The notes below the pieces were generated by a model. The model had not been told where the DNA came from. It ran no database searches and saw only the letters and a list, made by a program, of their open reading frames with translations. A DNA stretch of 64,000 nucleotides from an uncultured Flavobacteriales bacterium (lineage in GTDB: Bacteria > Bacteroidota > Bacteroidia > Flavobacteriales > JBLHRE01), in assembly GCA_937139155.1 (NCBI GenBank), contig CAKZPI010000042.1, positions 2,087 to 66,086 on the forward strand, in the 5' to 3' direction. A program made the translations under genes and the position numbers. Positions 48,726-60,738 of this stretch are shown here, piece after piece; positions within the stretch are counted from its first letter, which is position 1; each line of letters starts with the position of its first letter.

Positions 48726-50101
48726 AAAAGCCCACTCCCCTAATAATCCTTACCCTTTTTTGGGCTTGTTCGAACCCTGAGCCAGTTAGTTTTAACAAAG
48801 ACATTGCTCCTATTCTGCATAAAGAATGCGTTGGTTGTCACCGAGCAGAAGGTGGAGCCCCCTTTCCGCTAATCACTTACGACCAAGCTCGTAGAAAGGC
48901 CAAGATGATTGGGGAAGTTACAGGGTCAGGTTATATGCCTCCTTGGCCAGCCGATCCTGAGTATTCTAGTTTTATTGGGGAAATGACCTTATCGGAATCT
49001 GAAATTCAGTTGATACAAGAATGGATTGATCAAGGTGCTGTTGAAGGAAAGGAGCACCCTTTTCCCACCCCTCCGAAGTTTCCGGATGGCTCTTTGCTTG
49101 GGAAGCCTGATTTGGTGCTTGAAATGCCCGATTCAATTCCCTTGCCCGGAACAAATACCGATGAGTTTTTAGCGGTTAAAATTCCTTTTGAAGTACCTAA
49201 GGATACCTTTATCCGGGCCATTGAATTTGTGCCTGGAAATCGAGACCTGGTGCATCATGTAAATGGGCATATGATTGCTTTTAATCCGGAAAAAAAGCAA
49301 AATGTTGAGGAAGGAAGGTTTTGGGTAGACCCCGAAGCCATACATGGAATGAGTTCTCCAGAAATTGCGGATTCTGTGAACCGGGCTTTAGGTCTTTTAC
49401 ACGATGATGGTTCTTACCCTACCCTAATTCCCTCGGTGACCAATTATTTGCCTGGGGTGTTACCTACGGTATATCCCGAGGGCATTGGAGGCTATATTTT
49501 ACCCCAAAAAGGAGCCTTTTACCTTCGGAATTTACATTATGGTCCAAGTCCGGTGCCATCCAGCGATCGGTCAAAGATTCACGTATTTTATGCTGAAAAT
49601 CCGCCAAAGCGAAAAATCTTAGAAACCCAACTAGGAACCTTAGGTGTTTCTCCGATTGAGCCTGAATTCGTGATTCCTCCTGAGTCTATTATGACCTTTA
49701 CCTCCAACCTTTATTGTCCGGTACCCATTTCAATACTAACGGTTAACCCCCATATGCATTTACTAGGCACAAAATTCTTGGCTTATGCTACTGCGCCCGG
49801 AAAGGACACCATTCCCTTAATAAAAATTGATGACTGGGATTTTAGGTGGCAATACTTTTATACCTATCCGAAAATGAAGAAAATCCCTGCGGGGTATACC
49901 ATTCACTGTTACGGAACTTTTGACAATACCTCAGAGAATCCTCACAATCCTTACAACCCACCAAGAACGGTTCGTCCGCCAAGTTCTACTACCAACATGA
50001 AAACCACGGATGAAATGTTCCAGTTCATCATTACTTATTTGCCCTATCAAAACGGCGATGAGAACCAAAGACTGGATGCGGAGGGCTATTTTACAGAATA
50101 A
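48722..50101 (+). CDS. Cytochrome c domain fused to a copper type II (PHM/DBH-like) monooxygenase-like domain
   Basis: A CVGCH heme-c motif lies near the N-terminus. It is followed by HHVNGH, HMHLLG and TTDEMF, which are arranged like the CuH (HH..H) and CuM (HxH..M) ligand sets of peptidylglycine/dopamine monooxygenases. Confidence 0.55.
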   Translation: MKKPTPLIILTLFWACSNPEPVSFNKDIAPILHKECVGCHRAEGGAPFPLITYDQARRKAKMIGEVTGSGYMPPWPADPEYSSFIGEMTLSESEIQLIQEWIDQGAVEGKEHPFPTPPKFPDGSLLGKPDLVLEMPDSIPLPGTNTDEFLAVKIPFEVPKDTFIRAIEFVPGNRDLVHHVNGHMIAFNPEKKQNVEEGRFWVDPEAIHGMSSPEIADSVNRALGLLHDDGSYPTLIPSVTNYLPGVLPTVYPEGIGGYILPQKGAFYLRNLHYGPSPVPSSDRSKIHVFYAENPPKRKILETQLGTLGVSPIEPEFVIPPESIMTFTSNLYCPVPISILTVNPHMHLLGTKFLAYATAPGKDTIPLIKIDDWDFRWQYFYTYPKMKKIPAGYTIHCYGTFDNTSENPHNPYNPPRTVRPPSSTTNMKTTDEMFQFIITYLPYQNGDENQRLDAEGYFTE

Positions 50102-50535
50102 GATTCAACACTTCCATCTGTATACAAAAGTAAAACTTGCTTCAAGGTCCTATTGTTACTTTTGTAAACTTTTGATTTGGTGTTTTGTTCTAAGGTTTCA
50201 GGCTTTTGATCAAGACTCGGTTCAGCCGGCGTTTCTTTCTCTTCTTCCTTTGATTTAGGAGGGAATCTGAGGTCTAACCCAGGGCTTTCCGGTAGCTTGG
50301 GGGTAGATTCGGAGGTTTGGTTTATCAATGGCTCTCCTAGGCCGTTTATTATATAAGCTGGATTTAATTCAGGAAATGCCTCAAGCATCTTTTGTAGCAT
50401 GCCCAAGGAGGGCTTGTTTCTACCAGAAAGTATATGTGAAAGATTTGATCGTTGAATATTGATCCGCTCCGAAAACTCGGCTGGACTCATATTCAGCTGG
50501 TTAAGGATGTGTTGAAAGCGTTCTTTGAATTCCAT
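50086..50535 (-). CDS. XRE-family helix-turn-helix protein with a Pro/Glu-rich tail
   Basis: The HTH is N-terminal (MSPAEFSERINIQRSNLSHILSGRNKPS). Confidence 0.7.
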   Translation of the reverse strand: MEFKERFQHILNQLNMSPAEFSERINIQRSNLSHILSGRNKPSLGMLQKMLEAFPELNPAYIINGLGEPLINQTSESTPKLPESPGLDLRFPPKSKEEEKETPAEPSLDQKPETLEQNTKSKVYKSNNRTLKQVLLLYTDGSVESYSVK

Positions 50536-50787
50536 GGACCAAATATCCGAAATGATTATTTACAAAACACAACAACTATGAACCTCATTTCTTGAAAATC
50601 CTCGAGTATATAGCTAGAATACCTTGATCTTTTAATTTAGTTAAGACTCATATTAACTTGGAATACAATATTTTGAACATATTAACCAGGCTAAACATTA
50701 TGACTGTTTAATAATCTAACTCAATTATGTGAAGATGTAAAACAAACACCCCGATTTTGGTTTTACATTTGTAATGCAACCATGGAC

Positions 50788-51468
50788 TCACCAGTTTACA
50801 GTTGTAAAATGATGGTCATGAAGGAATTTGTTTACAGATGAAAAAGGTTTGGACCCAAAGAATCCTCGGTAGGCACTCAAAGGAGATGGATGAGGAGATT
50901 GGAGTATAAAATGGGAAGGATGTATGATCTTTGATTTTTCTTGGGCGGGTTTTCCCCAGAGTATGAAGGCTTTTTTTCTTTGGTCCTCTTCCCCAAGTTT
51001 CATAATCACCAAGTCGGTGAATTGGGTCCAGCCTAAATTTTTATGGGACCCCGGTCTCCCCTCCTCTACGGATAAGGAAGTATTGAGAAGAAGAACCCCT
51101 TGTTTGGCCCATGCCTCAAGATTTCCATGATTGGAAGGCAGTTTCCCAAGGTCATTCATCCTTTCGGTAAAGATATTCCTCAAGGAAGGCGGTATTTTGG
51201 TTCCTTCCTTTACAGAGAATGACAATCCATGGGCTTGACCTTTCTGATGATATGGGTCTTGCCCAAGGATTACCACTTTGGTTTCATTAGGGCTGAAAAA
51301 CTCAAAGGCCCTGAAGAGATTTGAAGAATCTGGATAAACCTGGGAGGTTTTATAGGCCTCCTCAAGTTTATTCATCAATTCTAAAAACCATTCAGGCTTT
51401 TGATGTCCAAATAGAAAATGAATCCAGGGCTCTGGCAATTCAGGAAGACATTCTTTGCTCATCTTCAA
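50788..51468 (-). CDS. ung: Uracil-DNA glycosylase (family 1)
   Basis: It has the GQDPYH water-activating loop, PPSL and HPSPLS motifs. The start may be Met1 or Met3. Confidence 0.9.
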   Translation of the reverse strand: MKMSKECLPELPEPWIHFLFGHQKPEWFLELMNKLEEAYKTSQVYPDSSNLFRAFEFFSPNETKVVILGQDPYHQKGQAHGLSFSVKEGTKIPPSLRNIFTERMNDLGKLPSNHGNLEAWAKQGVLLLNTSLSVEEGRPGSHKNLGWTQFTDLVIMKLGEEDQRKKAFILWGKPAQEKSKIIHPSHFILQSPHPSPLSAYRGFFGSKPFSSVNKFLHDHHFTTVNW

Positions 51469-51799
51469 GGTATAATTCGTATTCCTGGTCGTTAATGCTC
51501 AGGAATCCGCAATCATACACAAAAAATATAAACCCTCTTTGGGTTTCTAGGGTATGAGTAAAGTGGTTAAAGACAAATCCGGAATAGGTAAGCTCCTTTT
51601 TGTGAATTTTATTCCCATTGTTTAAATAGGCATTCAAAAGGATGTTCCGGTTTCTTCTGAGGATGGAATTGGTTTTCCGCACCTTGGCGTATTCCAACTG
51701 TTTCTTTTTGTTGTGGTGGGCGGTTCTGCAAATTGTAGAACAGTAGATTTTATCTACTCTTCCAAAGAATTTCCCTCCACACTCCGGGCAAGTTTTCAT
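51440..51799 (-). CDS. Zinc-ribbon hypothetical protein
   Basis: It has CPECGGKF...YCSTIC (CxxC...CxxxC) at the N-terminus followed by a basic region. It overlaps the ung start by 29 nt. Confidence 0.45.
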   Translation of the reverse strand: MKTCPECGGKFFGRVDKIYCSTICRTAHHNKKKQLEYAKVRKTNSILRRNRNILLNAYLNNGNKIHKKELTYSGFVFNHFTHTLETQRGFIFFVYDCGFLSINDQEYELYLEDEQRMSS

Positions 51800-51816
51800 G
51801 GTTCTGAGTGTTTGGG

Positions 51817-51848
51817 TTAGACGTATATAAACGTTTATACACGTCTAA
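51817..51848. promoter_or_regulatory. Near-perfect 32-bp palindrome (candidate operator) in a divergent promoter region
   Basis: TTAGACGTATATAAACGTTTATACACGTCTAA has 30 of 32 positions symmetric. ACGT cores occur at 51821, 51831, 51841 and 51852, about one helical turn apart. It lies 18 nt upstream of the zinc-ribbon gene ATG and 86 nt upstream of ssb. Confidence 0.6.
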
Positions 51849-51933
51849 TATACGTTTTTTCCAAAAATGGATTTGGATGTTTGTCTCGTTCATAATTGTT
51901 CAACTGCCGAAAGGCAAATAAATCCTTATCGTT

Positions 51934-52263
51934 ATGCGAAGTATTAACAATCAAGTTCATTTAATTGGAAACGTAGGGAACGAACTCGAGTTGAAGGAGG
52001 TCGGATCCGGTAAAAAAGTAATGACCGTGAGTCTTGCAACGAATCAATCGTACAAGAATAAATCCGGCGAAAAAGTAGAACAAACCGAATGGCATACCGT
52101 AAAAGTGTGGGGCAAACAGGCAGAACTGTTGGCGCAGTACGGTAAAAAAGGCAAACGTCTTGCTATTTCAGGCAGCTTAAGACACCGGAATTACGAAGAT
52201 AAAGAAGGTGTGAAAAAGTACGTTACTGAGGTAGTTGCCGATGAAGTAATGTTCTTGTCCTGA
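51934..52263 (+). CDS. ssb: Single-stranded DNA-binding protein (short, OB-fold only)
   Basis: MRSINNQVHLIGNVGNELE ... TEWHTVKVWGKQAE is the classic SSB OB-fold pattern. It is 109 aa with no acidic C-terminal tip. Confidence 0.85.
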   Translation: MRSINNQVHLIGNVGNELELKEVGSGKKVMTVSLATNQSYKNKSGEKVEQTEWHTVKVWGKQAELLAQYGKKGKRLAISGSLRHRNYEDKEGVKKYVTEVVADEVMFLS

Positions 52264-52286
52264 AACTCAGAACATTTCATTGTAGG

Positions 52287-52320
52287 AAGCCGCTAATAAA
52301 ATATTGGCGGCTTCTTTTTT
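52287..52320 (+). terminator. Intrinsic terminator after ssb
   Basis: GAAGCCGC-(12 nt loop)-GGCGGCTTC is followed by T7. Confidence 0.75.
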
Positions 52321-52391
52321 GCACAATAAATTTTTCCTTTCTTAAATCCCTTGAATTGAAATCGTAAATTTGTTACTGTTTAGAATATATT

Positions 52392-54998
52392 TTGCCAGAT
52401 AGACAAGGAAATACGCAAGAGATTAGCAGCGAAGGAAGGTCCAGTTTCTTATCTTCAAAGGATGGTTCGAAAGAGCCAGGATTTGAAATTAAGTCTATCG
52501 TTGGTAAAGGCCTAGGTTTCCTGAAGGCCTTCAATCAAAGAAATTATTTAGAAAACCCTGAATTCGACCGGTACATTCCGGAACGGTCTATTTTTCTAAT
52601 TGCATCCATTGCTGAACCCATGGATGCTATTTTTTCAGGTGCATACCGCATTGATTCTCCTGAGAACATTTGGCCAAGAATTATTATGTCGCTTTTAGGA
52701 ACCTTGCTTTTTGCAGGCTCCTTTGTGTTTGACTTCATTAAAAAGCACATTCAGCTTTTGGCGCAGATTTTCTGCTACTTGTTCTTAGTTCAGATTGCCT
52801 ACCTGAACGTGGTTTATAGCTTCACCTATGATTACGCCCTATTCTATACAGGGGCACTAATTGTATTATCGGTTTACTTTAGGTCATCCTCTTCCCTCAT
52901 TTTATATTTAATCTCGGCTTATGGAATTGCCATATTCTCAAGCTATATAAGCCAAGATCATATCATTGGTCGAGAGGTATTTGTATCTAGGTTATTGTTG
53001 GCGGTTTTCGCATCTTATGGAATGGCCAAGATGAATCAGGTGCTTCAAGAGCGACTCAGGAAAACCAATAAGGCCTTGGTGAAAACCATTGGAGAAATAG
53101 AAACTCTTTCGGCGGTGGCTGAGCATACAGATAATGCCGTTCTGGTTCTAGACGCTTCTGCTCGGATTGAATTTGCCAATACTGGGTTTGAAAGGAATAC
53201 CGGGCTCAGCTCTAAAAAGATTTTGGGTAAGCACATCCTGAATTTCATCGAAGACAAAGAGCTGCATGTAAACCTAATGGAAAAGCTCAAGGAGGAAAAC
53301 AATTTTACCCTTGAAATAAAAAGGCAGTCAAATGACCAAGAACCAAAATGGTACTCCGTTACCGTTAGTCCCGTTCTTGATTCCACCGGAGCCCTTGATA
53401 GGTACATTTGGGTAGAGCTTGAAATTACCGAACGGATACATTCTGAACGAAAGCTGATGAAAACCACCAGGCTTGCACAGGAAGCAGTTCAGCTAAAACA
53501 AGAGTTCCTTGCCAATATGAGTCATGAGATTCGTACTCCCATGAATGCCATTGTAGGTTTTTCCCAGCTTTTGAATAAAACATCGCTTGACAAAGAACAG
53601 AACCAATATTTATTGGCCATTCAGTCTTCAGCCAATAACCTTTTGGTCATCATAAATGACATCCTCGATTTCTCAAAAATAGAAGCGGGTAAGCTGGAAA
53701 TTGAGTCGGTTCCTTTCAGTCTTCCAGACATGGTTACAGGGCTTCACAGGCTATTTAAGCCCTCGGCTGATGATAAAGGCCTCATGCTCAATTTCAAAGT
53801 GGAAGATTCCGTGCCGAAGTACCTAATCGGTGATCCGGTTCGGTTGAATCAAATTTTCACAAACCTTTTGGGCAATGCCTTGAAATTCACCCTTCAAGGA
53901 ACCGTCTCCTTAAATGTTTCTTTGGTCAAAGAAGATAAGGATTCGGTTGGATTGAATTTTGAAGTAAAGGATACGGGAATTGGGATTTCAGAGGACAAGC
54001 AAAAAATCATCTTCCAAACCTTCACCCAAGCAGAGGGTGAAACCACCCGGAAATATGGGGGCACAGGCTTGGGATTATCCATAGTTAAATCCTTGGTTGA
54101 ACTAATGAAGGGTAAAGTGTCCGTTGATTCAAGCCCTGGGGAAGGCTCCAATTTCTCAGTTGAAATAGAGCTTGAAAAAGATCCTAAAAAAGGAGCCTCC
54201 TTCAAGGCCAAAGACCGGGTAAGTAAATTGAAAAAAGTAAAAGGACTAAAGCTTTTACTTGCTGAAGACAACCGGGCCAATCAAATTCTTGGTAAAAAGC
54301 TTCTCACCGATTTAGGCTACGAAATTATCATTGCTAATAATGGTTTAGAGGTTCTGGAAGTTTTGAAAAGGGAAATGATTGATTTGATTTTAATGGACAT
54401 TCAAATGCCAGAAATGGATGGATTGGAAGCCACCCAACACATCCGGAAACTGCCCAAACCCTTTTGCGATTTACCCATTATTGCCCTTACTGCACATGCC
54501 CTTAAAGAGGAAAAAGAACGATACCTAAGGGAGGGGATGAATGATTATGAAACCAAACCCTTTAATATAAAAGACCTACATTCTAAAATTCTTAAGTGGA
54601 TCAACCAGTCTAATGAAACCCAGATAAAAGAAACCAAAGACAAAAACTCAGAGATTATGATAAACTTGACCAACCTTGAAGAACTGGGGAATGGTGATGA
54701 GGAGTTCATTAAACAAATGGTGGTGATTTTCTTAGAGGATGTACCCAAGTATGTTGAGGAAATGGAATCCTTGATTCAAGAAGAAAATTGGGAAGATGCT
54801 GGTAAAATGGCTCATAAAATGAAATCTTCCGTAAAGGTTCTGGGTGCAGATGAATTGGTAGAAGAGCTCATTAAAGTGGAAAAGCTAAAAGATGAGCAGA
54901 ACCCAAAAGAGAAATCTGAGGCCTATATGGGAAAGATTAAGCCCCTTGCTGAGGAATTACTGGGAGAGCTGAGAAAGGCCTATCCACATGTGGTCTGA
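52392..54998 (+). CDS. Membrane hybrid sensor histidine kinase (TM-PAS-HisKA-HATPase-REC-Hpt)
   Basis: Several TM helices are followed by PAS, the H-box FLANMSHEIRTPMN, HATPase, REC (LLAEDNRAN, LILMDIQMP) and a C-terminal Hpt (AHKMKSSVKVLGA). The track start is a TTG and the true start is uncertain. Confidence 0.85.
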   Translation: MPDRQGNTQEISSEGRSSFLSSKDGSKEPGFEIKSIVGKGLGFLKAFNQRNYLENPEFDRYIPERSIFLIASIAEPMDAIFSGAYRIDSPENIWPRIIMSLLGTLLFAGSFVFDFIKKHIQLLAQIFCYLFLVQIAYLNVVYSFTYDYALFYTGALIVLSVYFRSSSSLILYLISAYGIAIFSSYISQDHIIGREVFVSRLLLAVFASYGMAKMNQVLQERLRKTNKALVKTIGEIETLSAVAEHTDNAVLVLDASARIEFANTGFERNTGLSSKKILGKHILNFIEDKELHVNLMEKLKEENNFTLEIKRQSNDQEPKWYSVTVSPVLDSTGALDRYIWVELEITERIHSERKLMKTTRLAQEAVQLKQEFLANMSHEIRTPMNAIVGFSQLLNKTSLDKEQNQYLLAIQSSANNLLVIINDILDFSKIEAGKLEIESVPFSLPDMVTGLHRLFKPSADDKGLMLNFKVEDSVPKYLIGDPVRLNQIFTNLLGNALKFTLQGTVSLNVSLVKEDKDSVGLNFEVKDTGIGISEDKQKIIFQTFTQAEGETTRKYGGTGLGLSIVKSLVELMKGKVSVDSSPGEGSNFSVEIELEKDPKKGASFKAKDRVSKLKKVKGLKLLLAEDNRANQILGKKLLTDLGYEIIIANNGLEVLEVLKREMIDLILMDIQMPEMDGLEATQHIRKLPKPFCDLPIIALTAHALKEEKERYLREGMNDYETKPFNIKDLHSKILKWINQSNETQIKETKDKNSEIMINLTNLEELGNGDEEFIKQMVVIFLEDVPKYVEEMESLIQEENWEDAGKMAHKMKSSVKVLGADELVEELIKVEKLKDEQNPKEKSEAYMGKIKPLAEELLGELRKAYPHVV

Positions 54999-55088
54999 TT
55001 TGACTTTGTGTACAATTTGTTGAATTCTTTTCCCCTACGGCCTCCGTTTCCTAAATCATGGTTTTACCTTTAGGGAAACCTGTTTACC

Positions 55089-56435
55089 ATGGCAAAAAGC
55101 ACTTCTACACCTAAAAAGCAGTCCAAAGTATTTGTACTTGATACCTCAGTAATTCTCCACGACCACAACTCCATTTTTAATTTTGACGAGCATGACATTG
55201 TACTTCCAATCTATGTATTGGAAGAGCTTGACAATTTCAAAAGGGGAAATGATACCAAGAATTTTGAAGCCCGTGAATTCATTCGTTCTTTGGATGCCCT
55301 TTCAGAAGGTCATACCCTTCAAGATTGGATTCCTATAACTGGTAAGAAAAAAGGCCGGTTCAGAATTGCTATGAATTCAGAAACCGTTTCTGAGGCAGAA
55401 CAAGCCTATGGATTTTCAAAAACGGATCATAAGATTTTAAACGTGGCCCTGGCTATGCAGGCCAAGGAAAAACGGAGAAAGGTAATTCTGGTTACCAAAG
55501 ACATTAATTTGAGGCTGAAGGCAAAGGCTTTAAAACTTCAATCTGAAGATTACGAAACCGGAAAGATAAAGGATGTTCAAAACCTTTATTCTGGAAAGTC
55601 TTTGATCGAGGACGCTCCTTCTGAAGCCATCCGGAAGCTTTTTCAAACAGGTTATTACGACGATCCTTCTTTTCTGGGCGATCTAAAGCAGCCCAACCAT
55701 TTCTACATTCTAAAAGACGGGAAGTCCTCTACCCTAGCCTATTACAACCCCTTTACCGATAAGGTAGAAAGGGTAGAAAAACAATACACCTATGGGGTAA
55801 AGCCCCGGAATGCTGAGCAGGCTTTCGCGGTTCACGCTCTAATGAACCCAGAGGTGAAACTTGTTACTCTTCAAGGGGTTGCTGGAACCGGAAAAACCCT
55901 TTTGGCCTTAGCCGGATCTCTTGAGCAGCGAAACCGATACAACCAAATTATTTTGGCCCGCCCCATTGTACCCCTAAGCAATCGAGATATTGGGTATTTG
56001 CCTGGGGAAGCCAAGGATAAAATTGGTCCTTATATGGAGCCTTTATGGGACAATCTAAAATTCATTAAAAACCAATTTAATGAAGGCGAAAAGCGGCATA
56101 AGCAGATTGTGGAAATGGAAAGGGATGAAAGAATTGTGATTACTGCTTTGGCCTATATCCGAGGCAGGTCGCTTTCCGACGTTATTTTCATTGTAGACGA
56201 GGCTCAGAATCTCACTCCGCATGAGGTTAAAACCATCATTACCCGAGCGGGCGACAATACCAAAATCATTTTCACCGGAGATGTTCGCCAAATAGATACT
56301 CCTTACCTAGATGAACAGTCAAATGGTTTGTCTTATTTAATAGATCGGTTAAAAGGGTCACCCCTATTTGCTCATGTAACCCTTGAAAAAGGAGAGCGAA
56401 GTGAATTGGCCAATTTAGCCAATGAAAAGCTCTAG
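55089..56435 (+). CDS. PhoH-like ATPase with an N-terminal PIN domain (PhoH2/YlaK type)
   Basis: A PIN-like N-terminus (VFVLDTSVILHD) is joined to a PhoH P-loop (GVAGTGKT) and Walker B (IFIVDEAQN). Confidence 0.85.
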   Translation: MAKSTSTPKKQSKVFVLDTSVILHDHNSIFNFDEHDIVLPIYVLEELDNFKRGNDTKNFEAREFIRSLDALSEGHTLQDWIPITGKKKGRFRIAMNSETVSEAEQAYGFSKTDHKILNVALAMQAKEKRRKVILVTKDINLRLKAKALKLQSEDYETGKIKDVQNLYSGKSLIEDAPSEAIRKLFQTGYYDDPSFLGDLKQPNHFYILKDGKSSTLAYYNPFTDKVERVEKQYTYGVKPRNAEQAFAVHALMNPEVKLVTLQGVAGTGKTLLALAGSLEQRNRYNQIILARPIVPLSNRDIGYLPGEAKDKIGPYMEPLWDNLKFIKNQFNEGEKRHKQIVEMERDERIVITALAYIRGRSLSDVIFIVDEAQNLTPHEVKTIITRAGDNTKIIFTGDVRQIDTPYLDEQSNGLSYLIDRLKGSPLFAHVTLEKGERSELANLANEKL

Positions 56436-57307
56436 GCCATAATCTTGTCGTCTTCCGCTCTAAGCTTAGCGGTTAATTCATCACTAGCGGCTACCAATGG
56501 CAGTCGTACGGCATCGGATTCAATCACTCCCTTAATTTTCAATAAGGCCTTGATTCCTGCCGGATTTCCTTCAGCAAAAAGGTTGTTGGTTTGCTGGTAT
56601 AAGGCGTAGTGAATTTCATTGGCTTTCGCCGGATTTCCATTTTTGAAAGCCTGCATTACTTGTTTAAACAATTGTGGGTAAGCTTGGGCAGAAACGGAAA
56701 TCACCCCTTCAGCACCCATGTGCATCATAGGAATGGTTAAATTATCCTCTCCTGATAAAACTGTAAACTCAGAAGGCTTATCCATAAGAACTTCCATGCA
56801 TTGTCCTAGGTCACCACTAGCTTCCTTAACGGCTACAATGTTCTTTGACGATTTTGCAATTTCAATGCAAGTTTCAGCCAAAACGTTTGAGCCAGTTCTT
56901 GAGGGCACATTGTAAAGGATGATTGGCTTAGGACTGGCAGCGTCAATGGCCATAAAATGCTCACGAATGCCTTTTTGACTGGGTTTATTGTAATATGGTG
57001 AAACGGAAAGAATTCCGTCAATTCCATCCCAGTTTTGCTCTTTCAATTCATTAAGAACCGCTTGGGTATTGTTTCCGCCCAGACCTTGAACCAAAGGAAC
57101 CCTTCCTTGATTGACCCGTTTAATGGTGTCAACCACCTGAATTTGTTCTGCTTTGGTGAGCGTAGTTGTTTCCGCAGTAGTGCCTAGGGCCACAATGAAA
57201 TCAACCCCACCCGAAATGGTGTATTCAACTAGTTTTTCAAGGCTTGTAAAATCAACACTTAGGTCTGAACTAAAGGGGGTAATAATGGCGATTCCAGTTC
57301 CTTTCAT
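56432..57307 (-). CDS. dapA: 4-hydroxy-tetrahydrodipicolinate synthase
   Basis: It has the GTTAE motif, YNVPSRTG, and the Schiff-base lysine context VAVKEASG. Confidence 0.9.
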   Translation of the reverse strand: MKGTGIAIITPFSSDLSVDFTSLEKLVEYTISGGVDFIVALGTTAETTTLTKAEQIQVVDTIKRVNQGRVPLVQGLGGNNTQAVLNELKEQNWDGIDGILSVSPYYNKPSQKGIREHFMAIDAASPKPIILYNVPSRTGSNVLAETCIEIAKSSKNIVAVKEASGDLGQCMEVLMDKPSEFTVLSGEDNLTIPMMHMGAEGVISVSAQAYPQLFKQVMQAFKNGNPAKANEIHYALYQQTNNLFAEGNPAGIKALLKIKGVIESDAVRLPLVAASDELTAKLRAEDDKIMA

Positions 57308-57312
57308 GGGTA

Positions 57313-57839
57313 TTATTTTTTGGACGGTGATAAAATGCCTACGTATTTTTGAATCTCAATGATGAGTTGGTCTACATCGCCTTTTTCTTCCATGGCAATC
57401 ATAAGATCAACCATTGAATTGGCAGATGAACCTACTTTAAAATGGGCTTGTGATCTACCGGTTATGTATTTAGTGGTAAGGCGTTCCTGCAAATTTAAGT
57501 CAATTAGAATTGAGAACTCTCTTGCAATAAACTTGTTGACTGAGAAGTCTTTGGGTCTGCCGTACCAAGTAACCGTTTTGTTGGAAAAAAACTTGATACC
57601 TTCAAATTTTCGGTGAAAATCTAAAAGCTCCTTTCGGTTTACATACCCGCAAATTTCAGTTGAAATCCCTTGGTCGTTTAAGTCTCTGGCAAATTGATTT
57701 ACCCGGTGAATCACGGGTTCTGAATCTGCATAGAACAGAATTCCTACCAATTTCGCCTGATTCCAGTTCACCACCTGTCGATGCCTTTTGTCTTTAGACG
57801 TTAGGTTTTTAATGATGAACTGCGCGATCCTCTTCTTCA

Positions 57840-57840
<1 letters not shown>
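57313..57840 (-). CDS. Conserved hypothetical protein between ligA and dapA
   Basis: 175-aa ORF tightly packed in the ligA-dapA operon (stop/start overlap with ligA). No family was recognised. Confidence 0.45.
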
Positions 57841-60703
<2,863 letters not shown>

Positions 60704-60738
60704 AACTAGGTGAAAAAAGGTATTTTCGGCCTGTGGAA

